Assembly (NCBI GenBank): GCA_951406725.2
Contig: OX597822.1
Coordinates: forward strand, 22,630,001 to 22,694,000
DNA length: 64,000 nt
Source: Octopus vulgaris
Lineage: Eukaryota
Direction: 5' to 3'
Notes under the pieces: generated by a model
Databases searched by the model: none
What the model was told of the DNA's origin: nothing
Seen by the model: only the letters and a program-made list of their open reading frames with translations
Made by a program: the position numbers and the translations under genes
Part shown: positions 12,049 through 24,659 of the stretch, in pieces
How positions within the stretch are numbered: position 1 is the stretch's first letter
Layout of the letters: each line of letters begins with the position of its first letter

Positions 12049-13904
12049 CGTTCAGAGGGTTTAACAGAGCAATATTAATTTATTATAGGAGGAAGTGGTG
12101 ATAGTATTAAGTCAAGGTTTGCTTGCCAGCATACAGGGTGTAGCATTCAGAGACAGAAAAAAAAGTTCGAGCTACTCGTTATAGGGTCACAAATTCAGAA
12201 AAAGGTGTATGCAATATATTAAATATGTAATACTTACTGTTACCGTATATTGTAAAATGCGAACATGGTAAATGTTTGAACAGTCCATGAATAATTATTT
12301 AGTTACAGAACGTTTCTCCATTGGCTGTTGTCCACGTGGTGGAGTTGAGCTCGGCTTGGAGACTTGGCTGGAACTCACTAAAATTTTTTCCACGACTTTG
12401 TGAAAGGTGTGTATCTATGCGCGAGGTAAAGCAGTTGGCTACACTAACCAAATCACGCATAGATGGATAACAGTTCCGCCGAAGGGAAGTAGTGCTCTTA
12501 TATGACCCCTGCTCAGACCCAGAGGGCGATCAACAAGGACAAAAAACAAAAATGACAAAAATGGAATGTAAACACAACAAAAAGGAAGCTCCTCGTAGCT
12601 TTCTGCCCGGGAAGGTGGTCTCCGCGAGACAGAGCAAGCGAAACCTGACGTGCAAGCGTGATAGCAATTGTTGAGGAAACTGGAAATCACAGAATGCGAA
12701 AGTCAAGGTGTATGATAGTGCAATGTTGGCTGCAGAGACATAAGCAGTGCCAAGACTTAACCTACAAGAGCAGTTGGTCGCTTGCAGAAGATGTTGGCTG
12801 CTAGGACATAAGTAGTGCCAAGAATTTTCCTGCAAGAGCAGTGGGTCGTGTGCAGAGGCTGAAAGGGTGTAAGCCTGCAAGAGCAGTGAGTCGCTTGTAC
12901 AAGCTAAAGGATAAATGCATTAAATACACGAAGAATGAAGCATGCAAAAACAATAATAATGTGCAAGTGTAACTGCTGAAAGCACTGTGAAGCAACACCG
13001 ATAGCAGAATCTGGTGCAGTATTTCCCAGCGAAATCTGTGCATCGGAGACTGAATGTGCAAGGTGAGGTGCTGAACAGAAGGCGTTTCACGGCGTCAAAA
13101 GGCATGTCACAGAATGGATGCACATGAAAGTATTAGAAAATGCAAGAAAAAATACAACAAAATGAACAGAAAGAAATTGGAGCAGAAAAACTCATGACGA
13201 GGCTGAAAAATATGAAAGAAAAACAAGAAAACATGCCAAATGTCGCATTTCAGATTAGGAAGCTGTTTGAAGTGCCATCCATCTGTGCAGTGCTCAGAGT
13301 GACTGAAATTTGCTATATAAGGCTACAAAATTGGTTGCTGTATAGACGATGGTGCAGGAACGATTCGAAATTAGCGTTGAAGCCAATAGCAGTGGTGACA
13401 TTAGCACCGTGGTCTGGTACGAAGGCTGAGGCGGTGTTGATGATAATGCTGTTTGTGTGCATGGCTGTCGAAGTCTGGCCACGTGGAAAATTCGAGACAG
13501 GCGAATGCAATAGAGAACTCTCGAGATTTGGCGCGCACATCCACTGGTAATTGCGCGGGAAAAGCCAGTGAGGAAGATGAAGACGGATGCCATGTTGGAA
13601 AAAAACTTTAACGTATTTACTGGCATAAAACGTTGGCAGTCGACATTGTGGGAGAAAATTACTTCAAAAGGATATTATTTGAAAGAATACCGTGTATTTC
13701 CTTGTAAGAAGAATGCATACTCTGTTAGGTACAAGTTCGAGGCGAAGAAGACGAATTCTAGAGGTACACTTGAACAAGAAAAAATATTCTGACGTCGGGC
13801 TATTGATTTATAGTTGAGATGCGAGCGAAGACTGCAATTCTTTAGCTCAAAGTCACCAGTTTTTAGTGAAGAGGTACTAAAATAACATCTGATTTTTTAA
13901 TAAC

Positions 13905-14118
13905 CTAACTTTTTACTACCCACAAGGGGCTAAACACAGCGAGGACAAACAAGGATAGACGAACGGATTATATCGACGCCAGTGCGTAATTGGTACTTAT
14001 TTAATCAACCCCGAAAGGATGAAAGGCAAAGTCGACCTCGGAGGAATTTGAACTCAGAACGTAACGGCAGACGAAATACCGCAAAGCATTTCGCCCGGAG
14101 TGCTAACGTTTCTGCCAG
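13905..14118 (-). mobile_element. SINE family B inserted in LTR
   Basis: Matches 3224-3445; absent from the sister LTR. Confidence 0.85.
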
Positions 14119-14741
14119 CGGTAGAATAATACTTTGTAATGAAATAGTAGACAACGTTCAGAAGGCTTAACAGATTATAAGAGGAAATGATTATAGCATT
14201 AAGTCAAGGTTTGCTTGCCAGCATAGAGTGTAGCATTCAGAGATATGGCATAACAGTGTACTAAGCGAACAGAAGAAAAGTTCGAGCTACTTGTTATAGG
14301 GTCACAAATCCAGAAAAAGGTGTATGCAGCATATTAAATATGTAACACTTACTGTTACTGTATATTATAAAATGGGGGGATCTTTTCGGTTTGAAGGCCA
14401 GATTTTCCTAGTGTATCTATTGCGAGGTAAAGCAGTTGGATACACCAACCAAATCACGCATGGATAGATAACAGTTCCGCCAAAGGAAAGTAGTGCTCTT
14501 ACATAAGCGTACATATATTAAATATAACACAAAAACCGTCCATATCTTAGATAAGATGTGAACAATCTTATTTAGGGAAAACATGACACTCATTGATGCA
14601 TGAAATGAGATTCGTGAATAGCTTTTTGCGATCTCTAAATCTATTTCGCCACCCGTGAAGATATGATGTAAATCAATAATCACTAATCTCACAACTTGTT
14701 TTTCAAAATTGCACAATATTATTTCCAAAGAATGTAATTCT

Positions 14742-15152
14742 GAGATCTTTTCGGTTTGATTGGCAGTTTTTCCTAGTGGTGTCATATGAAATTGTCACCC
14801 ATAATTATGACCCTAGTATCGATCTATTGCATTTCAATCTGTTTTAGGGTTAGGAGTGGGAGGAAGGGTATCTTTTTTTCTTCGCAAATGTAAATAAACC
14901 CAATCTGTTTCTTAAATGAGGGACATATTCATACGGCACAGAATGTTTTTTACCTCAATAGACGTCACTGATTGGTTGAAATTGCAGAAATTGAAGAAAA
15001 AAACAACAAATATCTTACAAACTATAGAATTTTCTCAATAAAGCCAAGAGAAAAAGATGTTTTATAAACACATTCTACCAGTATACGAAGTTTAAAATTC
15101 TTTAGTTACCTAGAAATTATGTTTAAAACTGCCGCTCAAACCGAAAAGATTC
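14742..15152. mobile_element. Second copy of the 7895-8306 MITE, inverted
   Basis: Reverse complement of the 7895 copy; partial copies at ~14377-14410 and ~15155-15245. Confidence 0.85.
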
Positions 15153-15658
15153 GTTTCTTTCTAGCGGTGCCATACGAAATTGTCACCCATAATTATTACC
15201 CTAGAGATGATCTATTGCATTTCACTCTCTTTTAGGGTTAGGGTTTGAAATGAATATTTTTTTAATAAAATGAAATCTTCCAAAGATAGCGGCATAATTT
15301 GATAAAACAAAACAAACAAAATATCAGATGAGAGTTTGTTGGTGCGGCTCTTTAATATGCTGTAAATGTAGAAATATTCAATTTTCATAAAAATATTAAA
15401 TTCCAGAAAGGAAAACATGGAATAGTCCTCAATTTTTTTTTTTAACATAATTGTAATTTAATTCATCGAAACGTATGAGAAAACAAAATTCACCATCACC
15501 CCACACCCCAATTTTTTTTTTCAAAACAAATTCCAGTATAATCTTAATTTTAAGCATCTGAAACGTATTTACAGAAAATGTCATTAAAAAACATATAATG
15601 GGTCTCAGAGGTTCATGATACCTGCGGAATGTCTCCTTCTCCCATAAGAATTATTTTC

Positions 15659-16085
15659 TGTAGTCTTGGGATCTGGAACTCGAAGAAGAAGCTTACAAGT
15701 GGATAAAATTCAATGGTTATTTATTTTAGTTCTCATTCAGGGGGGTTCGCTCCCGGCGACCATCTGTATGGCAGCGCGTGGTTCGTTATAGCTCCGTTCA
15801 CGTGAGGCACATTACCTCTGGAGATAACGGGTAAAGTTGGAGCGGGTTAAGAATCCGCTGTGAGCTGCCAGTTTGCAGTGTTGTTCAGCGTGAGCGCGAA
15901 CGCGAGAGAGAGGAAGGGTTTTCTTAATACGCCTCCTTAAATAGATGTTGCCCACGAGAGCCTCGCTGTGGTCTCGCGCTTGGCAAACATGGTTGTAGGC
16001 GAGCTCTCGCTCTTGTCTCGGACATGGTAATGTCTGCCGGCAAGATCTCGCACAAAATGGCGCTGGCTTCTTGTGTCAAGCTACA
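15659..16085 (-). mobile_element. Probable solo LTR
   Basis: TGTAGTCTTG...CAAGCTACA termini, CpG-rich, minus-strand TATTTAA and AATAAA; no TSD found. Confidence 0.5.
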
Positions 16086-16159
16086 AATATGAATTTTTTC
16101 CAGAAAGTTATGAGGAAACAAAGTCAAGTGGGGGTGCACACTTATGTAGGTGTGACTGA

Positions 16160-16664
16160 AGCACTCGCATCCAGTATCGTAAAAGGGCTAATTCTTCTGA
16201 ACGACAACACTCGACCACATGACTCGACAAATAATTGGCAGAAATTGAACGAACTAGGATATAAAATTATTTCACCCAACTTACGCCCCCTGATCTCTTT
16301 TCCACCAGCCGTCTCTTTTATGCATCTCGATAACTTTTTGACAGAACAAAGTTAAATAACCATGAAATAGCTTGAATAGGAGTGCTAGGACTCAAATTCT
16401 ATGTTACTAAAGTAGGTCTCCTTAGCGAAAAAAGGAGGAAAAATGTACATATTCTTGTAGTTATTGTTTCAATAAATAAAACTTGTGTAATCATAAAATA
16501 TTATAGGGAAATGTACAGAAATGAGGAAGCAAAAATGTAAAAAGTTAAATTTACGGTTAAACCTGTCTCGTGTAAAAGCAAAATTTACTAAATTTATTCT
16601 GGACTGGAATATAATGGGTTAATACTGGTAGGTAAAAATTGCAATTATTCATACACCAACTTAA
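16160..16664 (+). mobile_element. Mariner transposon 3' remnant
   Basis: KGLILLNDNTRPH..KLNELGY..HLDNFL; 3' TIR-like gcaattattcatacaccaacttaa followed by TA. Confidence 0.75.
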
Positions 16665-17561
16665 TAACAGGTTTAGTAACCAGAGAAAGATTACGGCTGT
16701 TAGCAATAGGCGAGAAAAAAGGGAAATAAATAGGTGTCAAACGAAAGGTGAATCAGTAAAAAATAAAGTGTGAAACTTCACTAACGGCTGACTTAATACA
16801 GAATGCAAATGAAATGAAGGAGAAACATGGCGCCAAAATAGCAAAATTAAACTAGTTAAATGGTGAGGAGTAAAAAGTGTTTGTTCGAATTATGGGAACA
16901 AAAAACGTAACTAGTGCAAAATTTCAGATTATTATGTTGTAAGTGAATCAGTACAGTAAAATCCAGTTTTCAGATGTAAAGATGTCCAATTTACAAAGAG
17001 TATTAATATTAATGCAAATTTATTAATGTCTCCGATGCTTTCATTGACAAAGAAAGAATTGTGAGTAAAGTAAAATGCACTTGCGAAGAGGCGATTGACT
17101 TGAGGTAAAAATTGTTTACAAACGATTTTGTAGGCCACATGATCAACGACTCATACATTTTAAATATGAACTTCTTGACGGAGGGGTTTCGATTCCAAGT
17201 TAGTTAGAACTGTTTTCCTCTCAAGAGAAAGAAGAATGTTGCACATTCCTGTTCGTTTAGCCTTATAAATTTACTATTCTCGGTCATAAAGATAGACAAA
17301 ATTGTGTTAAGACAAGACTATCCCTTCAGACATAGGAAAGCGTCCCTAAATTGAAGATGCTCTCCCTGAGCGGGAATAAAACCCAGGCAAACCAAACATG
17401 GCATACATCGAGAACAATGTTAGTTCTATCAAAAAAATAAAATAATAATAAATAATAGCAATAATAATATTCAAATTTCCATATTACCTATTCATGACTT
17501 AATTATAAATTCAAAATGACCGCCAAACGATCGATAAGGCAAATACACCCTTATTTTAGGT

Positions 17562-18099
17562 TGTAACGAAACATGTGAATATCTTCTCTGGACCTTTTGG
17601 GGGTGCGAGAAGCAATCACTTTCCGTTGCTTTAATAATCCAGATTCTACCAGTCAGAAACAACAAGACGCAGACGTAAAATATATATATCTACTTTATTC
17701 TCTTATGACAGTAACAGATAATTGGTATATCTGGGTATCCCTTTGGTATAGATGTGTCAGAGCTGAACGTTATCGCTGTAGAATTTACAAAGTTCAAATG
17801 CTAACGACACTGGTCAAAGATGGCGTCCGGAACAGGGAGATGATGTTGTCTGCAACAATTTGGTTAAAGCCTTCGGCCGACTGCTATCAAAAATGGACAG
17901 CGAGAAAATATACGTCCGTTGCCTTCGGTCGCTTTGTCTCAAGTCAATGACTGCTGCTGGACGCTAGTGGTCAACGTCCTACGATCCCCCTGCCACGGCT
18001 AACTGCCACGTAGGCAAAAGGTCCTTCTTCCGGTGCTTCGCGCACGCGCGAAACAGAAAAGGACGGTGCGCGCGCGCGCCGCTGTATAGCGTCACTACA
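17562..18099 (-). mobile_element. Solo LTR related to the 20573-23222 element
   Basis: TGTAACG...CACTACA termini, TSD AGGT (17558-17561, 18100-18103), long blocks shared with the 579-bp LTRs. Confidence 0.9.
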
Positions 18100-18599
18100 A
18101 GGTCAATGTTTCTACCGAAATATCAAATATAAAATGCTCTAACTTGGAACGCCAACAGATTGGGTTCCAGACTAGAAGCTGAATCAAAGACATTTATGAG
18201 GTTGGCCTAGATTTCGTTGTGGGGTCGCTCATAGCCATATACAGCAGTTCAAGCGTTTTTTACCTCTGAGTAGTAGCATTCAAGTGTCTCTAGAAGATGA
18301 ACAAATAGAGTGTATTTAATAATTCCAGGCAAGTATCAAAGAAACACACATGCAAAATGTCAGCCTATTACATCAATTATATTCTCGGAGATATCGTGAC
18401 CTAAAGATTGCTACTCATTTATTTTGAGAAAAACGCAAAAAACGCTGGAAATAGTTGATTTTACAACAACGCCCAACTACACAAGGATAATATCCACATT
18501 TTAGTGAAATATTTAGTTTTGCGCGGTCTAATAACTTCTAGAGGCATATCCTTTGCTATTTTTCTGAGATTTTGCTATTTGAGAGCGCTTATGCTTTAT

Positions 18600-19290
18600 T
18601 TTGATTATGGATTTCTGTCCAGGCATATATGCTTTTTCAGTCTCTGCTCACGAACTTGCCTCAGTCCCTCTTTCAGCTGATGGCCATGGCTGAGGCCCAA
18701 ATTTTCAAACACAAATATCTTTGCAATTTCCCAATTTCTCCTTGATTGAAAACTACAATAGCATTATTGACAACTCCAGTCGCAATCGCCCGACAAATAT
18801 TGATTTAGGACACCCTTCCACAACTAAGTTGTGAAATGATTCATTGTTATTTTGTGATCCTCCAGGCAAACACTTACCCAAGAGTTTGTTACAAACACAG
18901 GCTTCGTTTTATCCAGCACAAATTTTGGCAGGGAGTTTTTGTTTGGATCACGTTTGTCATCCACATTTTTCGCTAGACACAAGTCACCACAATCACAATG
19001 GTCCTTAGACCTGTGCTTGAAAATTATCCGTATGGCTCTCTTCATGGAGGCTTTGTCATTAGGGTGGTTCCTGGTGGCAGCTCCATAATGACCCTGTATA
19101 GATAGAATGGCTTTCTGTATGAGCCTACACGCACCTCCAATTCCATTAAACTTTTTGTCATCATCACCGGTGAATGATTTCCCTCTGTTTGCCTGTACCA
19201 GGTCCATCATTCTGCGTCCCATCCACTTCTCCATATGACCACAACATTCATATTTCTCAATTTTGATGTCCTTATAGATGGGAAGATCAG
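18600..19290 (-). mobile_element. Kolobok-type DDE transposase remnant
   Basis: ECCGHMEKWMG..GGACRL..IQGHYGAATRN..MKRAI..H..HC, then shifted frame KCLPGGSQNNNESFH..PK; termini unresolved. Confidence 0.65.
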
Positions 19291-20572
19291 CATTGGCAAA
19301 CTAAAACAATTGATAGCAGAATAGGAGCTATTTTCGCATCAAAATTTATCCATTTTTGGAAGAATTTTGGGAGTTCCTGTTGGACATGGTTAAAGATGAA
19401 AACTTTGTCTACCTTTTGATGGGGAAATCCTAAAATCGAAAATTTTGTCCCGAATCACAAAATTATTAGCTTAAACGTAGATTTTTTTGACTAACTACCA
19501 CCAGTTTTATTTATCAATTTATTTACCGTTTTTATTTTAAAGCGTCTCTGGATTTTACTTTTAAGCATCAGAGATTCAAATTCCGCAATAATTTGTTATT
19601 TTTATCAATTTATCTATTCAAGAATGGATTAAGTTTAGAGGACATACATACACCCAGAACCACGCTAATAGCTTAGAAGTGAACTTTAGGATTTCTCGGT
19701 TTTCTGTGAATTGACTGTGATAAAACTTTTCCTAGCTAGTTTGCATACTATGGCAACACCATTGTTATGTTTTCATTATCCTGTGTAGCGTCCTTTCTTT
19801 TATATTTCAGATTCTTCAGTTTTGGGGTGAACCACGTTAATAGCGTTTCTCTTCTCTAAGATTAATAAGATGTGGAAAAGACTTTAACGATGAAGGAAAG
19901 TCTGTCATCACCAAGGAAAGTCCTAAAGGCACGTCTCTTCATCTCATTGCGGAGACGTTAGGTCATTATGTGGACACGGTTAGACGATTCCTCAAGGACC
20001 CTTCGCCAAGGAAGAAAATATCCAATTGAGGGACCTCCAAGACTGTGACAGTTAGGGATTTAAGGAATATTGGCCGCAAGTTATGTGGGAAACTTGGACA
20101 AACAAGCGAAGCCATTTTCACCGCCTCCGGACTTCCTCATGTACTGAAAAAAAAATTCAGAAATCACATCCTCGGGACCATAGCTTCCGTGCGAGAATCC
20201 ATGAAACTGCCTCCTTTGACGCCTCGTCACAGGAGTTTGAGGCTCCAGTGGGCCCAAAAGTACACGACGAAACCAGGGCGACCCTTGACAGACCTGATAT
20301 TGGGTCTATTTTAGTGATGAGCGTTTCCAACGTTTACGACGTCAACAATAGGGTGGAGGAGTCATGTTGTAGGCTGGTATCATCGGGGACACTTGTTGGC
20401 CTAGTCAAGGTGTCAAGGTGCCTGAAGGGATTAAAGTGACCTCAGACGTCTTCTGTAATCTCCTGAAGGTCTTATATCCTTGGCTAGATGACATACTGCT
20501 GTCACTTCTAAGGAATCTCGTATTCATGCATGACAACACTCTCTCCCACTCTGCTTGGATCACCCAAACATT

Positions 20573-23222
20573 TGTAACGAACTTAACGTGTGAGGTGAAT
20601 ATCCTCGTGCACTTTTGGGGTGCACAAAGCAATCACTCACTAGCCGTTACTTTAATAATCCAGAATTCTACAAGTCAGAAACAACAAGACGCAGACGTAA
20701 AATATACATATAGCTACTTTATTCTCTTTCTTGGTAAACAATAACAATAAGTGTGTTATCTGATGTCCTTGGTTCGGGGCGCGCAAGGCTGAAAGTAAAT
20801 AGATTGTAATATTTACAATGTCCAGCCGCTAAACCAGAAAGGGGTCAAGATGGCGTCGAACAATGGAGACGATGTTGGTCTGCAACAATTTGGTAAGGAC
20901 TGCTAGAAGCTAGTTCCAACGGAGAGAAAATGTATCGCGTGACGTCGCCTTCAATCGCTGGGTCCCAAGTCCCTGATGACTGCTGCTAGTGGTCAAACGT
21001 TCTACGACCCCCTTGCCTCGCTAGGGTCGTGCTTCCGGTGGTTCGCGCATGCGCGAGAGGTCCCTTCCTTTCTCTGCCTTGGTAAAGGCACCAACACGCG
21101 CGAAATACAAATGGACGGTGCGCGAGCGAGCGCCGTTGTAGGATCACTACAGGCTCCCCTCCAGTGCGTACGCACGAAAGGAAACTTATTGTAGTGACTG
21201 CAAAACTCAAGGTGGACACCAGATAACCAAATAGCACACAATAATATAATGTCAAAATTTATAACATACACAAGAAATTTACTAAAGGAAAAAGAGAAAA
21301 AATACTCAATGAGCAAAAATCAAGAGTGCATGCATGAAAGTGTATACGTCACAAAGTATAGAACCTTCCGCTGAAAGGAGCGGAGGGAAAGCAAAACTCA
21401 CAGTTAATGAACCTAAACGAAATTAAAATCCAACTTCTCTAAAGGTAGTTGATCCTGCGAAATAGCAGTTAAATCAATTGCTGCAGGAGAGGAAATGGAA
21501 TTGACAGAATAGATCGCTAGTAACACAAAAGGCAAAAGTGCAAACATGCTGGTGTGATGCGCGACACAGATAATTTTCTGTTAATTACGCGACCAAACAG
21601 AGGTCTAATAGGGAAAAATAATTACGCCTAAACATGGCGCAGCGCATGTGAACATCCGACGTCTATGAGTCGGGAAAAGAATTAATCTAGCGCAAACGTG
21701 TTGCAATAAGGGCTTGCCAGACCGAAAAAACAGCAATGAATATGCCAGTGGTTAAGCGATTATATGCTTCGTTCGTACAGGAACAAAGGTATGACATGCT
21801 GGCGCGTCATAATGGACAAACAACCCTCTCTATGTATACGTGACCGACCTAGGGTCTATAGAAATGAGGGGTGTCCACAAAAGGCAAATTCAGCATGGAA
21901 AAAAAACAAGCGAGAAAAGCATGTGTGACGTATGTATGTGAGAGAGAGCATTTATGTGTGTGTACGTGTGTGCGACAGAAATACATACAAGGTGAATGCG
22001 AGCAAAATACAAAAACAGCGCATAGAAAAATGTCTCTCATGTGCCATTCCAGACAAGAATTAATTTACCAGTCTGTAATAGCCTGATGTACAATAGCAGT
22101 TCGTTCTGTAACAGAATGTTGAGATCACAAATGCAGATGCCGATTGAACACATATCGTGTAGCGGTTGTGGCTTCAATGCTGTGACAGGTTAACTGGAAC
22201 AGAAGAATCTCGTAGATAGACGGTGCTGTTTATCCTTGGTGTGCATATGCACAAAACAGCGTGCACGCTAAAGTTCCGCGAGTTGCTATGTACATCTTGT
22301 GGAGGTCGACGGTGTTGAAAGGCGACGTTGGTGGTGGAAGGCGACTGTAGTGGACTTGGGACAACATCGTTCTTAGTGATGATGGCGACGAAGATAGCGA
22401 CGACGTGAAGTAGACGAGATGACGAAGGTGGAGAAAAGGCATCGAATATATGATGGCGTTCGTCATCATGGCTGTAGAATAAGAAAAAGGCTCCTTCTAC
22501 AACTGTTTGTGGTGGCCGGAAACAAATCGTCGAAAGATGAATGCGTAGAGTTAAATCGTGTTCCGACTTCGCAGAAAAACTGGATTTTTTTTGTTGATAA
22601 GTGATCTCTGGTTTTAGACCAGAATCACGTCGGGGTCACCACTTGTAACGAACTTAACGTGTGAGGTGAATATCCTCGTGCACTTTTGGGGTGCACAAAG
22701 CAATCACTCACTAGCCGTTACTTTAATAATCCAGAATTCTACAAGTCAGAAACAACAAGACGCAGACGTAAAATATACATATAACTACTTTATTCTCTTT
22801 CTTGGTAAACAATAACAATAAGTGTGTTATCTGATGTCCTTGGTTCGGGGCGCGCAAGGCTGAAAGTAAATAGATTGTAATATTTACAATGTCCAGCCGC
22901 TAAACCAGAAAGGGGTCAAGATGGCGTCGAACAATGGAGACGATGTTGGTCTGCAACAATTTGGTAAGGACTGCTAGAAGCTAGTTCCAACGGAGAGAAA
23001 ATGTATCGCGTGACGTCGCCTTTAATCGCTGGGTCCCAAGTCCCTGATGACTGCTGCTAGTGGTCAAACGTTCTACGACCCCCTTGCCTCGCTAGGGTCG
23101 TGCTTCCGGTGGTTCGCGCATGCGCGAGAGGTCCCTTCCTTTCTCTGCCTTGGTAAAGGCACCAACACGCGCGAAATACAAATGGACGGTGCGCGAGCGC
23201 GCGCCGTTGTAGGATCACTACA
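20573..23222 (-). mobile_element. Young non-autonomous LTR retroelement
   Basis: 579-bp LTRs 20573-21151 and 22644-23222 (3 differences seen), TG..CA ends, TSD CATT, PBS, PPT GGAGGGGAG, 1492-bp internal region without gag/pol. Confidence 0.95.
22624..22641 (-). promoter_or_regulatory. Primer binding site, tRNA-Trp
   Basis: TGGTGACCCCGACGTGAT 2 nt after the 5' LTR; the 18-nt complement of the tRNA-Trp 3' end. Confidence 0.9.
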
Positions 23223-23816
23223 CATTACTAAGATCTTACGAGATGCAAGGTTGATGATGTGGCTGCCAACATCTTTGGATTTCAACCCTATCGAAAATCT
23301 TTGGTCCATCATTAAACAAGATACTTATGCCGATGGGCGCCAATTTATTTCAAAAGATGTCTTGTGGACAATCATGAAAGCTGCAGCAGAGGCAGTTCAA
23401 CCTGCTACTATTAAGAAACTGACAAATTTCATGACTAATAGGGTTTTTGAAGTTATCCGTCGAAATGGCGGTCTTGTGGCTAAATAATTTATTATGTCAA
23501 TAAATGTTATATTATGGTTTTCTGTCAAATATAGACTCAATCTATGCTTAATATGTATTATTGCCCTTCATTTTCTGAAAAAATATGTCTAGACGGGCTA
23601 TTAGCGTGGTTCACCCCAAAACTGAAGAATCTGAAATAAAAAAGAAAAGACGTTACACAGAATAATGAATACACAACAATGGTGTTGCCATAGTGTGCAA
23701 ACCTGCTGGGAAAAGTTTTATCAAAATCGATTTACTGAAAACCGAGAAATCCTAAATTTCATCCCTAAGCTTTTAGCATGGTTCTGGGTGTATATACATG
23801 TACGACGCATGAGAGA

Positions 23817-24113
23817 AAGTTTGTTCCTTCTTGAACCATGCCTGGCTCAAATGGGCTGGTTTCCCGGTTTCCTTGGCATATAGGTTCCTCACCTGGACGG
23901 GACGGCAGTCCGTCGCAGGTTAGCTGCAAGATGCAGGAGGAAAGAGTGAGAGAAAGTTGTGGCGAAAGAGTCAGCAGAAGTTGGCCATTACCTTCTGCCG
24001 GAGCCGCGTGGAGCTTAGGTGTTTCGCTCATAAGCACACACATCGCCCGGTCTGAGATTCGAACCCGCGATCCCTCGACCACTGCTCTAACCACTAGGCC
24101 ATGTGCCTCGACA
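23817..24113 (-). mobile_element. tRNA-derived SINE family C
   Basis: Minus head with A box tggcctagtgg and B box ggttcgaatc; related pieces at ~2205-2398 and ~34403-34645. Confidence 0.8.
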
Positions 24114-24659
24114 TGAAAGAAAGAGAAAATGTAATTCACCAGATTCTTTATAAATTACAACGGTCGTTTCAACCCATCGTGCATCGGTCTCTCGCGGGTG
24201 AGTTTATATACTAGATGAACACGTAGGAATTCCTGAAGTAAATCCAGGAGCACTTATATCCGTATTGTTTGATGACACCAAGTAGCCGAAGACAGTGACT
24301 GTGCTAGCAAGTTATACCCAAATTTAAAATCCATCCATACATACATGCATACATACTGTAACGGAAAATTGAAACCCAAATTGCCAGATACTTGGTTAGG
24401 CAGCACAAGTGAAAAATCGACCAATCAGCAAGAAGCTGTGGCGTGATACGATTTTCTCAAATGTTCTAGAATAAAACTTCTTGTCCTCTGTAAAACCAGA
24501 TTGGCTTATCACAGAATGTTGAAGGCAGCTGATTTTATTTAGTTTTGTGAAGGATTTATAAGTATTCGTGTCTAAGTCCAACTCACATTCAAGAAGTTTT
24601 CTTTAGAATGGGACATGTTGAAGCGGGCTTTCAAATATCAGTGCATATTCCTGAAGAGA

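Larger units (their letters stand above)
11541..14503 (-). mobile_element. Old non-autonomous LTR retroelement
   Basis: Diverged direct repeats 11541-12502 and 13862-14503; TSD TAAG at 11537-11540 and 14504-14507; PBS-like TGGTGAC.. after the 5' LTR; G-rich PPT-like tract before the 3' LTR; no gag/pol recognised. Confidence 0.75.
19651..23790 (+). mobile_element. Tc1-family transposon (DD37E/TRT-like), inactive, interrupted by LTR element
   Basis: ~195-bp TIRs (19651-~19844, ~23597-23790), TA TSD; DETRATLD.PD, MHDN..SH, WLPTSLDFNPIENLWS. Confidence 0.9.

Noticed and set aside
13140-13626. Overlapping ORFs inside the old LTR element
   Set aside because: No recognisable gag, pol or env motifs and no similarity to the ORF in the younger element.
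16974-17060. AG..GT-bounded open frame
   Set aside because: No recognisable product; lies among transposon remnants.
20960-21012. CTGATGA in the LTR, suggesting an LTR retrozyme
   Set aside because: No GAAA after the hairpin (tcaaac), and the related solo LTR lacks CTGATGA.
23047-23487. 146-aa ORF
   Set aside because: Chance read-through from the LTR into the Tc1 transposase C-terminus.
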